A DNA stretch of 64,000 nt from Patescibacteria group bacterium (GTDB taxonomy: Bacteria > Patescibacteriota > Patescibacteriia > 2-12-FULL-60-25), in NCBI GenBank assembly GCA_029004215.1, contig JAQULH010000001.1, positions 11,947-75,946 of the forward strand, written 5' to 3'. Each line of letters starts with the position of its first letter. Positions within the stretch are counted from its first letter, which is position 1. Below the pieces are notes generated by a model. It was not told the DNA's origin. It ran no database searches and was given only the letters and a program-made list of their open reading frames with translations. Both the position numbers and the translations under genes were made by a program. Below, one piece after another: positions 17,501 through 27,929 of this stretch.

Positions 17501-18008
17501 CAAGCTTTTCGATGGCCGTACCGGTGAGTCATATGAATACAGCCCGACAGTCGGTTACAACTACATACTCAAGCTGAACCACATGGTGGAAGATAAGATC
17601 CACCAGCGTTCCATTGGACCGTACTCGCTCATCACCCAGCAGCCTTTGGGCGGCAAAGCCCAGTCCGGCGGACAGCGCTTTGGTGAAATGGAAGTCTGGT
17701 CACTCGAAGCTTACGGCGCGGCCCACACCCTGCAGGAAGTCTTGACCATCAAGTCAGACGACGTGCCAGGCCGTTCCAAGGCTTACGAATCAATTATCAA
17801 AGGCGAACTCATATCAAAGGTCAACGTGCCAGAATCGTTTAATGTCTTGGTCCGCGAACTCAAGGGCCTGTGTTTGGACGTGGAGCTGCTGAAGGACGGC
17901 CAACGCATCGAAGAGAGCAAACCAGAACATGTGGCCAAGCCGGCTCTTGCCCCGACGTCAGAAGAGATGTCGTGGGACGCCCCGGCTGAAGAGTTAAGCG
18001 CTTCCTAA
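14547..18008 (+). CDS. rpoB: DNA-directed RNA polymerase subunit beta
   Basis: Full-length RpoB homology throughout. ATG 14547 is preferred over TTG 14505. TATAAT at 14531-14536 lies 10 nt upstream. Confidence 0.97.
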   Translation: MPTQVFRRQPLKETERRYFTASRDAMALPDLIEIQKYSYRWFLESGLKELFSEISPIRDFIGRDLELWFTDYFIDEPKFDEKTSKVKSITFEAPLRVKTKLINKRTQETKEQEIYLGDLPVMTDRGTFVINGIERVIVSQLVRSAGAFFTAEIGRGRRYYGAKVIPNRGAWLEFETDGNGVIWVKIDRKRKVAATALLRTFGMSTDEEILETFKDIDIHPLNKYIEATVAKDIAKNEDEGNIEVYKRIRPGDLATADNAKSLIHSMFFKFERYDLGPVGRYKFNQRFGKAWDDQMVTKEENRILSKEDLVLILKEIIRLNNTQEEPDDVDHLGNRRVRAIGELLQSRFRIGLARMERIVKDRMSTQEITTLTPGRLVNARPVIGAVREFFMSSQLSQFMDQTNPLSELEHKRRLSATGPGGLSRERAGFEVRDVHRTHYGRICPIQSPEGPNIGLVGHLSSYARINEYGFIETPYRKVKNWAENDGNDGVGLTLRVDVRDGEGKLVAEANKEITKDMAKKLAKVSITKLPVVPTVTSEIVFLNAFTEERGTTAPATTPIGKDGKFLVERTPARKNGEPTIVDVHEIDYVDVSSKQILSISTSLIPFVEHDDGQRALMGSNMQRQAVPCIKPEAPIVGTGVERRAAVDSGHALLAPDDGTITALDGSHIELQTENGQIRRYELVKFQRSNHSTCLNQRVRVNKGQKVYAGEVLLDGTSCENGEMALGQNLLCAYLIWDGYNFEDAIILSERLVHQDRFTSIHIEHYNMDVRDTKLGPEQVTNDIPNVSEEKLKNLDENGIVRIGAEVKSGDILVGKITPKGETDLSAEEKLLRAIFGEKARDVRDTSLYLQHGARGKVVGITVFTRENGDKLQPGVLKRIVVAVADLRKVQVGDKLAGRHGNKGVISRIIPLADMPFLEDGTPVDVILSPLGVVSRMNLGQTLETHMGLAANALGYRVATPVFDGVPEEIMRSELVRAGFPDDGKIKLFDGRTGESYEYSPTVGYNYILKLNHMVEDKIHQRSIGPYSLITQQPLGGKAQSGGQRFGEMEVWSLEAYGAAHTLQEVLTIKSDDVPGRSKAYESIIKGELISKVNVPESFNVLVRELKGLCLDVELLKDGQRIEESKPEHVAKPALAPTSEEMSWDAPAEELSAS

Positions 18009-18021
18009 CCGCAAAAAGCTT

Positions 18022-21000
18022 ATGTCTTTCTTCCAATCAGAAAACGTCAAGACAACAGACTTCAACGGCATGCGCCTTAAGCTCGCCTCTCCGGAGACGA
18101 TCAGGGCCTGGTCTTACGGTGAGGTCACCAAGCCCGAGACCATCAACTACCGCACGCAGAAACCTGAAAAGAGCGGCTTGTTTGCCGAAGAGATTTTTGG
18201 CCCGTCCAAGGACTGGGAATGTTATTGCGGCAAATATAAAAAGATCCGTTATAAGGGGATTGTCTGCGACAAGTGCGGAGTCGAGGTTACCCACTCGTTG
18301 GTGCGCCGCGAACGCATGGCTCACATCGAGCTGGCTTCGCCCGTGACCCACATTTGGTTTTTGCGCAGCGTGCCGTCCAGGATCGGCACGGTATTGGATG
18401 TTTCAGTCGTGGCTTTGGAAAAGGTGGTCTACTTTGCGGCTTTCATCGTGACCGACGTCAACGAAGAGCTCAAGCAGCAAGTCGTGGACCAGCTGAATGT
18501 CGAGTACAAAGGCAAGCGCAAGCAGATTGAAATGGATTTTGAACGCGAGGTCGCCCAGGCCAACGAAAAAGCCAAGAAGCAGGATCTGCCGGCCGAAGCA
18601 GTGACCAAAGAGTTGGACAAGATCCAGGGCAACAAGGAACGCAAGCTCAAGGAACTAGAAACCGATGTGACTGAGCTGGAGCGCGAACTCAAGACCTTGC
18701 AACCGTTAAAGATCATTTCGGAAAACGAATACCACGAGTACTCATTGAAGTTCGGCCATGTGTTCGAAGCCAAGATCGGCGCCGAAGCCATTGACGAGCT
18801 TTTGAAGAAAATTGATGTTGAGGCCACCATGAAGGCCCTCCAGGCTGAGCTGGTCAAAGCTTCCGGTGCCAAGTATGAGCACATCATCCGCCGTCTCAAG
18901 CTCCTGAAGTCATTTACGATGCAGAATTTGGATCCGCATTGGACAGTGCTCAAGGCCATCCCTGTCATTCCGCCCGACTTGCGCCCAATGGTTGCTTTGG
19001 ATGGAGGTCGCTTTGCCACTTCTGACTTGAACGACCTTTATCGCCGTGTCATCAACCGCAACAACCGCCTCAAGCGTTTGCTTGAGCTGCATGCTCCGGA
19101 AGTCATTACGCGCAATGAAAAGCGCATGTTGCAAGAAGCGGTTGATGCCTTGATCGACAATAGCGCCCGCCATTCTAAGACAGTTATCGCTGCCACCGGC
19201 AAGAAACGCCAACTCAAATCTTTGGCCGACATTCTGAAGGGCAAGCAAGGCCGCTTCCGCCAAAACCTTTTGGGCAAACGCGTGGACTACTCCGGCCGTT
19301 CAGTCATCGTCGTCGGCCCGAACCTTAAGATGCACCAATGCGGATTACCCAAGAGCATGGCTTTGGAACTTTTCCGTCCGTTTATCATTGCCCAGCTCAT
19401 TAAGCGCGAAATTGTGCACAATATCCGTTCGGCTAATCGTTTTATTGAAGGCGATAATGCTGAAGTGTGGGATATCTTGGAAACCATTGCCAGCAACGCC
19501 GTGGTGCTCTTAAACCGCGCACCTACGCTGCACCGCTTGGGTATCCAGGGTTTTCAACCAGTCTTGATTGAAGGCAAAGCCATCCAAATCCATCCGCTCG
19601 TTTGTACGGCTTTCAACGCCGACTTCGACGGCGACCAAATGGCCGTGCACGTGCCTTTGACCGAAGAAGCCCAATGGGAAGCGCGCGAAATAATGCTTTC
19701 GACCAAGAACTTGCTCAAGCCCGCCACTGGCACGCCGGTTACCACGCCAACGCAGGATATCGTGTGGGGCGTGTACTACATGACCAGCATGCTTGAAGCC
19801 GGCGACAAGCCGATCAAGTCTTTTGGTACGGCCGAAGAGGCGGTTTATGCCTACCAGGCCAAGTACATCACAGCCCGCGATAAGATTAAGGTGCGCGTGT
19901 CGGCTGATGTGCCGGCCATTGAAACTACGGTTGGCCGCATCCTCCTGCACCGCTTGTTGCCAGTTGGCATGCCTTTCATCAATGAAAGATTGGGTAAAAA
20001 ACAAGTCGGCGAATTGACCCAACAATGTATTGATCGTTTTGGCTTTGAAGAGACGGCCCGCTTCTTGGATCGCATCAAAGAGTTCGGTTACAAGTACATC
20101 ACGCTCTCAGGCTTTTCCTATGGCATCGGCGACTTGCCCCGCATTCCCGGCAAGGGCGACCTTATGACTGAAGCTAGCCAGCGCGTGTTGACCATTGAAG
20201 AACAATACAAAGAAGGTCTGTTGACCAAGCGTGAACGTTACACCCAAATCGTAAAAGTCTGGTCAGATATCCAGGACCGCATCAAGAACATGTCCAAGCA
20301 AGCGCTTGACCCCAAGGGTTCTGTCTCGGCCATGATCGATTCCGGCGCCCGCGGTTCAGTCGTGCAGCTGATGCAGGTGGTTGGCATGAAGGGCTTGGTG
20401 ACCAACCCGTCCGGTGAAATTATCGAGCTGCCCATCAAATCATCTTTCCGCGAAGGTTTGGACGTGTTGGAATATTTCATCTCTTCCCACGGTACTCGCA
20501 AAGGTTTGACTGATACGGCTTTGAAGACCGCCAACGCCGGTTACCTGACGCGGCGTTTGGTTGATGTTTCCCAAGACGTGATCATTACCAGCGAAGATTG
20601 CGGCGATACGGATGGTTTCCACCTGACACATGAAGAGTGCGAAGAAATCGGTGAAAGCATGCTCACGCGCATCGTGGGCCGCGTGTTGGCCAAGGATATT
20701 ATCCCGCCGCGCGCCAAGAAGCCATTGATTGCCAAGGGAACACTGATTACTGATGATGAGATTCTCAAACTCAAGGCCCTTGAAAAACCATTGGGTGAAG
20801 TTTGGGTGCGTTCGGTCATGACTTGCAAGAACACGCGCGGCCTGTGCCAGAAGTGTTATGGTTTTGACCTGGCTTATAACGAAGCAGCCAGGCTCGGAGC
20901 AGCTGTCGGCGTGGTCGCCGCCCAATCAGTCGGTGAACCTGGTACCCAGCTCACCATGCGCACCTTCCATACTGGAGGTGTGGCATCCGGCCAAGATATC

Positions 21001-22005
21001 ACCCAAGGTCTACCTCGCGTCGAAGAGCTTTTTGAAGCCCGCGTGCCTAAGCATTCGGCTGTCATGGCGCCGGTTGCGGGTAAAATTTCGATCATCAATC
21101 CCGAAGCCAAGGAAATCAAGACTGCCGCCGGCCAGCGTATCGTTGATACGGCTCGCGGAGGCAAGATCTTGCGTATCATGTCCGATCAGTTGAGCGAAGA
21201 TGTTTTCGTGGTGACCAGCAAGGACAGCGTCAAAGTTAAAGATGGCGCTAAGGTGGATGAAGGCGAAATCATCATCGTGCGTAATGACGGGACAGAGATC
21301 CAATCATTGCATACAGGCACCATCAAACTCGTTAAGAACCGTTTGACTGTCATCTGGCAAGGCTTGGCAGCCACTGATTTGCCGGCACCTATGGGTTTTA
21401 GGATCATTATTAAGGAAGGCGATGAGGTCCAGGCCGGCGACCAGCTGACAGAAGGTCATTTGGATTTGCAATTGCTGTTCAAGACCAAGGGCCATAAGGC
21501 TGTCATGCAATATTTGCTCAAGGAAGTCTTGTCCATCTATGCCACGCAAGGCCAGAAGATCAACTCCAAACACATCGAGTTGCTCATCCGCCAGATGTTC
21601 TCGCGTTCATACGTCAAAGACGCGGGCGACACCGAACTTTTGCCAGGCGAGATTGTGGAACGCTGCCGCGCCCAGGAAGAAAACGACCGGGTGACTGCCA
21701 AGGGCGGCCGTCCGGCTGAGCTGGACAGCTTGTTCATGGGTATCACCAAAGTCGCTCTGACCACCGAATCCTTCTTGTCATCAGCTTCCTTCCAAGAAAC
21801 AGCCCGCGTGCTCATCCACGCTGCCATCACCGGCAAGGTTGATCATCTTGAAGGCTTGAAGGAAAACGTCATCATCGGCCGCTTGATCCCGGCCGGTACG
21901 GGCTTTGGCTACCACCACCCGGAGCTGAACCTGGTTGGCATCCCAAAGGAAGAGTTGTCCGAGGCGATTCCAGAACCTGAGCCAGTTGTAGAAGAAGTCC
22001 AATAA
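18022..22005 (+). CDS. rpoC: DNA-directed RNA polymerase subunit beta'
   Basis: Zn-finger CYCGKYK...CDKCGVEV, the catalytic NADFDGD motif, and full-length RpoC. Confidence 0.97.
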   Translation: MSFFQSENVKTTDFNGMRLKLASPETIRAWSYGEVTKPETINYRTQKPEKSGLFAEEIFGPSKDWECYCGKYKKIRYKGIVCDKCGVEVTHSLVRRERMAHIELASPVTHIWFLRSVPSRIGTVLDVSVVALEKVVYFAAFIVTDVNEELKQQVVDQLNVEYKGKRKQIEMDFEREVAQANEKAKKQDLPAEAVTKELDKIQGNKERKLKELETDVTELERELKTLQPLKIISENEYHEYSLKFGHVFEAKIGAEAIDELLKKIDVEATMKALQAELVKASGAKYEHIIRRLKLLKSFTMQNLDPHWTVLKAIPVIPPDLRPMVALDGGRFATSDLNDLYRRVINRNNRLKRLLELHAPEVITRNEKRMLQEAVDALIDNSARHSKTVIAATGKKRQLKSLADILKGKQGRFRQNLLGKRVDYSGRSVIVVGPNLKMHQCGLPKSMALELFRPFIIAQLIKREIVHNIRSANRFIEGDNAEVWDILETIASNAVVLLNRAPTLHRLGIQGFQPVLIEGKAIQIHPLVCTAFNADFDGDQMAVHVPLTEEAQWEAREIMLSTKNLLKPATGTPVTTPTQDIVWGVYYMTSMLEAGDKPIKSFGTAEEAVYAYQAKYITARDKIKVRVSADVPAIETTVGRILLHRLLPVGMPFINERLGKKQVGELTQQCIDRFGFEETARFLDRIKEFGYKYITLSGFSYGIGDLPRIPGKGDLMTEASQRVLTIEEQYKEGLLTKRERYTQIVKVWSDIQDRIKNMSKQALDPKGSVSAMIDSGARGSVVQLMQVVGMKGLVTNPSGEIIELPIKSSFREGLDVLEYFISSHGTRKGLTDTALKTANAGYLTRRLVDVSQDVIITSEDCGDTDGFHLTHEECEEIGESMLTRIVGRVLAKDIIPPRAKKPLIAKGTLITDDEILKLKALEKPLGEVWVRSVMTCKNTRGLCQKCYGFDLAYNEAARLGAAVGVVAAQSVGEPGTQLTMRTFHTGGVASGQDITQGLPRVEELFEARVPKHSAVMAPVAGKISIINPEAKEIKTAAGQRIVDTARGGKILRIMSDQLSEDVFVVTSKDSVKVKDGAKVDEGEIIIVRNDGTEIQSLHTGTIKLVKNRLTVIWQGLAATDLPAPMGFRIIIKEGDEVQAGDQLTEGHLDLQLLFKTKGHKAVMQYLLKEVLSIYATQGQKINSKHIELLIRQMFSRSYVKDAGDTELLPGEIVERCRAQEENDRVTAKGGRPAELDSLFMGITKVALTTESFLSSASFQETARVLIHAAITGKVDHLEGLKENVIIGRLIPAGTGFGYHHPELNLVGIPKEELSEAIPEPEPVVEEVQ

Positions 22006-22017
22006 CATAAAATAAAC

Positions 22018-22058
22018 AAAAAAGTAGAGACGTTGCATTGCACCGTCTCTACTTTTTT
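22018..22058. terminator. GTAGAGACG-family hairpin terminator (bidirectional form)
   Basis: A6-GTAGAGACGTTGCATTGCACCGTCTCTAC-T6, directly after rpoC. Confidence 0.75.
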
Positions 22059-22102
22059 AGAATCTCGACAAGCTGGCTATCAAAAGGTAACATCTTGGCG
22101 AT

Positions 22103-22822
22103 ATGTCAGGCCACAGCAAATGGAGCAAAGTTAAGCAGTTCAAGGGCGCGATCGATGCCAAACGCTCGGCCAACTTTACCAAGTTGGCGCGTGAGATAGA
22201 AATCGCTGTCCGCGAAAAAGGCCCTGACCCAGGCATGAATTTTCGTTTGCGCATGGCCATAGACCGGGCGCGTTCCGGCAACATGCCCAAAGACAGCATT
22301 GAACGAGCTATCACGCGCGGCTCAGGATCTGACGACGGGGTTCAGGTCGAATCTTTACGATATGAAGCATATGGTCCGGGCGGTTCAGGATTGATTATTG
22401 AGTGCCTGACTGACAGCCATAACCGTACGGCTAATGACGTTAAGCATATTCTGTCCAAGAACGGCGGCACTTTGGCTGCATTGGGTTCAGTGGCTTTTCA
22501 GTTTGACCATAAAGGCGTAGTCAGGGCCGCTACCATCTCAAAAGACAAAAGAGATGAAGTTGAATTGGCACTGATTGATGCGGGAGCCGAAGATATCCGT
22601 GACGAAGAAGGGGAGATGACCATAATCAGCGCGCCGGCAGATTTATCCAAAGTCAGCGAGGCTGCTTCCAAGACAGGCTTAACAGTCTCATCAGCTGAAT
22701 TTGAGTGGTTACCCAAGATAATGGTTTCACTTGATCCGGCAGCCGGTGAGGCAATTGCCAAATTGATTGAAATTCTGGAAGAGAATGATGATGTGCAAAA
22801 TGTCTTTACCAATGCCAACTAA
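22103..22822 (+). CDS. yebC: YebC/PmpR family transcriptional regulator
   Basis: MSGHSKWSKVKQFKG N-terminus and full-length family similarity. Confidence 0.9.
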   Translation: MSGHSKWSKVKQFKGAIDAKRSANFTKLAREIEIAVREKGPDPGMNFRLRMAIDRARSGNMPKDSIERAITRGSGSDDGVQVESLRYEAYGPGGSGLIIECLTDSHNRTANDVKHILSKNGGTLAALGSVAFQFDHKGVVRAATISKDKRDEVELALIDAGAEDIRDEEGEMTIISAPADLSKVSEAASKTGLTVSSAEFEWLPKIMVSLDPAAGEAIAKLIEILEENDDVQNVFTNAN

Positions 22823-23366
22823 TCCCGCAACCCCAAATCCTTCCCGCCTTAAAAAGGGGGAAGGGGCACTCAGGGTCCTGGGAGTGGATCCAGGGTTTGG
22901 TCGTACCGGAGTCGGAGTCGTCGAAATCGAAGGAGGTAAAGCTCGGCATATCTGTCATAGTTGCATCGAGACTCCGGCATCAGATGATTTTTCTCTGCGT
23001 TTGCAAGTGTTGCGCGACGGGATTATCGAAGCTATCAAGGAATTTAAACCCCAGGCAGCAGTCGTCGAAAAATTGTTTTTCCAGACTAACGTCAGTACTG
23101 CCATCAACGTGGGCATGGCTCGCGGCGTAATTCTTTTAGTTTTGGCTGATGCCGGCCTGCCCGTCGTCGAATTAACTCCCAATGAGGTAAAACAGGCCGT
23201 GGCAGGCTATGGTAGCGCTGATAAGAAACAGATGCAGGCTATGGTAGCGCGCCTCTTGTGTCTCAAGTGCGTCCCAAAACCGGATGATGCAGCTGATGCC
23301 TTGGCAATTGCCATGGCTGGTGGGGCGGTTTTTTTAACCAAAAAAAGGTTGTCCTCCAACCGTTGA
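22812..23366 (+). CDS. ruvC: crossover junction endodeoxyribonuclease RuvC
   Basis: LGVDPGFGRTGVGVV catalytic Asp motif and C-terminal DDAADALAIA. The start is uncertain (in-frame ATGs at 22767-22812); 22812 overlaps the yebC stop by 11 nt. Confidence 0.8.
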   Translation: MPTNPATPNPSRLKKGEGALRVLGVDPGFGRTGVGVVEIEGGKARHICHSCIETPASDDFSLRLQVLRDGIIEAIKEFKPQAAVVEKLFFQTNVSTAINVGMARGVILLVLADAGLPVVELTPNEVKQAVAGYGSADKKQMQAMVARLLCLKCVPKPDDAADALAIAMAGGAVFLTKKRLSSNR

Positions 23367-23438
23367 CAAAGCCCGGTTTTTCTCTTGTCTGCGGCCTGTA
23401 TTTGTGTTAATCTGAAGCGGTCAAAAAGACTATAAATT

Positions 23439-24083
23439 ATGCAGATTTACTGGCACGGCTACTCAACCATCCGCATCGAGGCAAAGCATGGCGAAACGAC
23501 TTCGGTTATCATGACCGACCCTTTTGAAAATGAGGCGGCCATACGTTTCCCGAGGGCTACCCAGCCGGATATCTTGTTGCTTTCGCACCAAGACAGAAAG
23601 CAATTCAATCTTGAAGGGGTTGCAGGTTCGCCTTTTCTGATTTCTGATCCAGGTGAATACGAAGTGCGTGGCATTTTTGTGAACGGCGTACAGGACTCCA
23701 AGGTAGACCAGGGCGCACTACGCCCTTTGATGTATCGCATCGAAGCTGAAGACATTAGCGTGGCCTTCCTGGGCCAATTGAACCGTAAGCCAACAGATGT
23801 CGAACTCGAAGCTTTGGGCAATATTGATATCCTTATTTTACCGGTGGGCGGAGGTAATGTTTTGGATGCTAAGTTATCAGCCAATATCATATCCATGGTA
23901 GAGCCGCGCATAGTGGTCCCCATCCATTACCATGTGCCGGGCATCAAGGCCAAGCTCGGGACAGTTGAGAACTTCTGTGATGCTGTTGGAGTCTGTAAGC
24001 GCCAGGATATGAATAAGTTAAAAATTTCCAAAAAAGACCTGCCGGCTGATGAGGTAATGATCATGGTCATTGAACGTACCTAA
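23439..24083 (+). CDS. MBL-fold metal-dependent hydrolase (UPF0173-like)
   Basis: 214 aa. MQIYWHGYSTIRIE...LLLSHQD...PVGG...VPIHY pattern. Confidence 0.7.
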   Translation: MQIYWHGYSTIRIEAKHGETTSVIMTDPFENEAAIRFPRATQPDILLLSHQDRKQFNLEGVAGSPFLISDPGEYEVRGIFVNGVQDSKVDQGALRPLMYRIEAEDISVAFLGQLNRKPTDVELEALGNIDILILPVGGGNVLDAKLSANIISMVEPRIVVPIHYHVPGIKAKLGTVENFCDAVGVCKRQDMNKLKISKKDLPADEVMIMVIERT

Positions 24084-24129
24084 GTCTTTATGGACTTTAA
24101 GGACTTTACAGACTTTATAAACTGACAAT

Positions 24130-24669
24130 ATGCCCTTTGCTGAACCACGTGCACGTTCAACTAAAAAATCCGGGAACCGTGACCAGGCTTCTAAACCGCA
24201 AGGCGCGGAAGGATCACGATTTTTTAGCGATGCGGAAAAGCGGCGGTTGATTGAAGCTCACGCAGCTGATCGCCAACCCCTCGACCGTATGGCGCGCGTT
24301 TCGTTGTGGGCCGGGGTCATTATCTGCGTGGCAGCTATCGGAGTCGGCTGGCTTTACAGCGTGCGCAACGGCATGGCGGAAATTTTTCCAACGGTTCAGA
24401 AGGCGGCGCAAAGTGTTGGTCAGACTAAGGAAGAGGCTGCTTGGCAGCAATACCAATACCGCGAGCAGATCCACGCGGGAGCCGATAACATGTTGAAGCA
24501 AGTTGAAAAGATCGAGAAAGAGCAGATGGGGGGAGGGCTTAACCAGTTCATTCAGCAGAGCATGGATATGGCCAGTGCCACGAACATGTTCCTAGCCTCT
24601 TCAACCAAGGCGACAGTGAATTCTGACTTGTTCCGCGCAGCTGTTACTCCGAGCCAGAAAGTTAAATAA
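24130..24669 (+). CDS. hypothetical single-TM protein
   Basis: 179-aa ORF with one TM segment (VSLWAGVIICVAAIGVGWLY). No motif recognised. Confidence 0.5.
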   Translation: MPFAEPRARSTKKSGNRDQASKPQGAEGSRFFSDAEKRRLIEAHAADRQPLDRMARVSLWAGVIICVAAIGVGWLYSVRNGMAEIFPTVQKAAQSVGQTKEEAAWQQYQYREQIHAGADNMLKQVEKIEKEQMGGGLNQFIQQSMDMASATNMFLASSTKATVNSDLFRAAVTPSQKVK

Positions 24670-24701
24670 GTTAAATTGCCATTGAGCGTCATGCAAGACT
24701 A

Positions 24702-27200
24702 ATGCCTATGCCAGAGAAGGAACTCCAACCAGTCGAATCCAATATCGGCTCCATAATTTCCCAGTCTCTTTCCGAAGAGATGCGGAATTGCTATTTGGAT
24801 TATGCCATGTCGGTCATTGTGCAGCGTGCTTTGCCCGACGTGAGGGACGGCCTAAAGCCAGTGCATCGACGCATTCTCTTCTCCATGTGGCAGAGCGGGT
24901 TGCGTTCGACCGCCAAGTTCAAGAAGTGCGCCACCGTGGTCGGAGACGTGCTTGGTAAATACCATCCGCACGGCGACATGGCCGTCTATGATTCATTGGT
25001 GCGCATGGCCCAGGATTTTTCTTTGCGCTATCCGTTAATCAGGGGACAGGGCAACTTCGGATCGATTGACGGCGATAGCGCGGCTGCTTACCGCTATACG
25101 GAATCAAAGATGGAAAGCATTGCGGATGAGATGCTGCTGGATATCGATAAGGACACGGTTGACTTCCGCCCCAACTTTGACGGTTCAATCAAAGAGCCTT
25201 CAGTCTTGCCGGCCAAACTGCCCAACCTTTTATTGAACGGCACGTTGGGCATTGCTGTGGGCATGGCCACCAATATCCCGCCGCATAACCTGAACGAGCT
25301 TTGCGATGCGACGACCGCCATAATCGATAATCCGGACGTTGAGGTTGATGAACTGATTAAGATTGTCAAAGGCCCGGATTTCCCGACTGGTGGCATTATC
25401 TACGACAAAAATGCCATCAAACAGGCCTATGCCACAGGCAAGGGCGGTATCGTGATGCGCGCCAAGACGGAAATCCAGGAGGAAAAGGCCGGGTCATTCA
25501 GGATCTTGGTTACGGAAATCCCTTATGGCATCAACAAGTCAACGCTCTTGGAAAAGATGGCTTCTTTGGTGCAGGAAAAGAAAATTGAAGGCATCCGCGA
25601 TTTGCGCGACGAGTCGAACAAGGATGGCATCCGTATAGTCATTGAACTCAAAAAAGATGCTTATCCCAAGAAAGTCTTGAACCAGCTCTTCAAGATGACC
25701 CAGCTGCAGGAAACATTCCACGTCAACATGCTGGCTTTGGTGGATGGCATCCAGCCGCGCGTGCTGACCCTCAAGGATTTGCTGAGTGAATACATCAAGC
25801 ATCGCCAAGTAGTTGTCCGCCGCAGGACGGAATATGACTTGGCCAAAGCCAAGGACCGGGCGCATATCTTGGAAGGCTTGCGCATTGCGCTTTTGAAGAT
25901 CAACGAAGTCATCGAGACCATCAAGAAATCCAAAGACAAGGATGAGGCCAAGGTCAACCTCATGAAAAAGTTTAAGCTTTCCGAGCCGCAGACCATGGCT
26001 ATCTTAGAAATGCGCCTGCAGCAGTTAGCCAACCTGGAACGTTTACGGGTCGAACAGGAATATAAGGAAAAGATGGAATTGATCAAGGAATTGGAAGCGA
26101 TATTAAAGTCAGTCAAGAAGATGTTGGATATAATCAAGCAGGAAATTTTGGAACTTAAAGATAAATTCGGCGACGAGCGACGCACGGTAGTTATCCCGCA
26201 TCCGGTTGGCGAGTTTTCCATGGCCGACCTTGTGCCGGATGAGTCTACAATCATCATGCTCACCAAAGATGGTTACATCAAGCGATTGCCGCCGGATACT
26301 TTTAGGACGCAGGGCAGGGGAGGCAAAGGCGTAGCCGGGCTTTCGACTAAAGAGGAAGACGAGGTCGAGCAGTTGTTTTCCACTAACACGCATGCCGACA
26401 TCCTGTTTTTTACCAGCCGCGGCCGTGTCTTCCAGCTTAAGGCTTACGAAGTGCCGCAAGGCAGCCGAACATCCAAAGGCCAGGCCATCGTTAACTTTTT
26501 GCAACTTGGTCCGAGCGAAAGGGCGACAGTTTCGCTCCCGCTGACTGATGTTGAAGGCAGCAAATTCCTGACTATGGTCACCAGCCGCGGTACGATCAAG
26601 AAGACTTCTTTGGAAGATTTTGCCCACGTGCGCCGCAGCGGTTTGATTGCCATTACCTTGCACGAAGGCGATGACCTCTTATGGGTCAAGCCGACCGATG
26701 GCAAGGATGAAATTTCATTGGTGACCAAGAACGGGCAGTCCATCCGATTCTCAGAAGAGGATGTGCGCGCCATGGGCCGCTCAGCAGCCGGCGTGCGCGG
26801 CATCAAGCTTAAGGGCAACGATGAGGTCGTGGGTATGGACGTGATTGATCCTAAGTTGGCAGCCAAAGGCCTGTTTACCTTGTTCACCGTGACAGAAAAC
26901 GGTTTGGGCAAGCAAACTGACTTACAAGAATACAAAACCCAAGGCCGCGGTGGTTCTGGCATCCGCACCATGAAGGTTACTGCCAAGACCGGGCCGGTTA
27001 TCGGCGCTTTCGTGGCCAGCAAGGATGATGACCGTGACTTGATGTTGATTAGCAAGAAAGGCGTTGTCATCCGTGTGGCTTACAAAGGCGTTCCAACTTT
27101 GGGCCGCGATACTCAAGGCGTGCGCATTATGCGCTTTAAGGAAGAGGGTGATATGCTTTCGAGCGCTGCACTGGTCAGCACTGACGGAGAGGAGAAGTAA
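24702..27200 (+). CDS. gyrA: DNA gyrase subunit A
   Basis: The AAYRYTE stretch contains the conserved active-site Tyr. A C-terminal beta-pinwheel repeat region follows. gyrB is not adjacent. Confidence 0.97.
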   Translation: MPMPEKELQPVESNIGSIISQSLSEEMRNCYLDYAMSVIVQRALPDVRDGLKPVHRRILFSMWQSGLRSTAKFKKCATVVGDVLGKYHPHGDMAVYDSLVRMAQDFSLRYPLIRGQGNFGSIDGDSAAAYRYTESKMESIADEMLLDIDKDTVDFRPNFDGSIKEPSVLPAKLPNLLLNGTLGIAVGMATNIPPHNLNELCDATTAIIDNPDVEVDELIKIVKGPDFPTGGIIYDKNAIKQAYATGKGGIVMRAKTEIQEEKAGSFRILVTEIPYGINKSTLLEKMASLVQEKKIEGIRDLRDESNKDGIRIVIELKKDAYPKKVLNQLFKMTQLQETFHVNMLALVDGIQPRVLTLKDLLSEYIKHRQVVVRRRTEYDLAKAKDRAHILEGLRIALLKINEVIETIKKSKDKDEAKVNLMKKFKLSEPQTMAILEMRLQQLANLERLRVEQEYKEKMELIKELEAILKSVKKMLDIIKQEILELKDKFGDERRTVVIPHPVGEFSMADLVPDESTIIMLTKDGYIKRLPPDTFRTQGRGGKGVAGLSTKEEDEVEQLFSTNTHADILFFTSRGRVFQLKAYEVPQGSRTSKGQAIVNFLQLGPSERATVSLPLTDVEGSKFLTMVTSRGTIKKTSLEDFAHVRRSGLIAITLHEGDDLLWVKPTDGKDEISLVTKNGQSIRFSEEDVRAMGRSAAGVRGIKLKGNDEVVGMDVIDPKLAAKGLFTLFTVTENGLGKQTDLQEYKTQGRGGSGIRTMKVTAKTGPVIGAFVASKDDDRDLMLISKKGVVIRVAYKGVPTLGRDTQGVRIMRFKEEGDMLSSAALVSTDGEEK

Positions 27201-27210
27201 AACCCCAAAT

Positions 27211-27251
27211 AAAAAAGTAGAGACGTTGCATTGCAACGTCTCTACTTTTTT
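27211..27251. terminator. GTAGAGACG-family hairpin terminator (bidirectional)
   Basis: A6-GTAGAGACGTTGCATTGCAACGTCTCTAC-T6, between converging gyrA and clpP. Confidence 0.8.
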
Positions 27252-27253
27252 AT

Positions 27254-27865
27254 TTATTCCAGCACCTTATCTATCAATCCGTATGCCTTAGCCGTCTTTG
27301 GATCCATGAAGTTATCGCGTTCCGTGTCAGCTTCAACTTGTTTAAAAGGCTTACCGGTGTGTTTAGCCAGGATTCGGTTAAGTTGGTCTTTCATCTTAAG
27401 CAGGCGTTCAGCGCGGATTTTAATGTCAGTGGCTTGGCCTTCGACTCCACCCAGCAGTTGGTGGATCATGATCTCGGAATTGGGCAAGGCAAAACGCTTG
27501 CCCTTGGCCCCACCGGCCAAAAGCACGGCGCCCATGGAAGCTGAGAGGCCGATGCAAATCGTCGAAACATCGCAAGCAATGCTTTGCATGGTGTCGTAAA
27601 TGGCCAAACCGGCGTTGACCGAACCGCCCGGGGAGTTGATGTAAAGCTTGATATCCTTGGTTTTGTCTTGGCTTTCCAAAAACAGCAACTGGGCGATCGT
27701 GATATTGGCCACATCATCGTCAATGGCTGAACCAAGCATGATGATCCGGTCTTTCAGGAGGCGGGAATAGATGTCATAAGCCCGCTCGCCGCCCTGTGAT
27801 TTTTCAATAACTGTCGGTACTAAGTAGGAGCCGGTCATTTTTGAGGTAATGGTATAGGGATTCAT
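27254..27865 (-). CDS. clpP: ATP-dependent Clp protease proteolytic subunit
   Basis: Catalytic Ser context GLSASMGA, plus His and Asp. ATG 27865 is preferred over TTG 27874. TATATT (27879-27874) lies 8 nt upstream. Confidence 0.95.
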   Translation of the reverse strand: MNPYTITSKMTGSYLVPTVIEKSQGGERAYDIYSRLLKDRIIMLGSAIDDDVANITIAQLLFLESQDKTKDIKLYINSPGGSVNAGLAIYDTMQSIACDVSTICIGLSASMGAVLLAGGAKGKRFALPNSEIMIHQLLGGVEGQATDIKIRAERLLKMKDQLNRILAKHTGKPFKQVEADTERDNFMDPKTAKAYGLIDKVLE

Positions 27866-27891
27866 ATCAAACAAATATAACCTAAGCCCAT

Positions 27892-27918
27892 TTAGCAGTC
27901 AAATGGTGAGAGTGCTAA
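27892..27918. promoter_or_regulatory. CIRCE (HrcA operator) upstream of clpP
   Basis: TTAGCAGTC-N9-GAGTGCTAA against the consensus TTAGCACTC-N9-GAGTGCTAA. It overlaps the -35 region of the clpP promoter. Confidence 0.75.
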
Positions 27919-27929
27919 ATAACTGAGAA

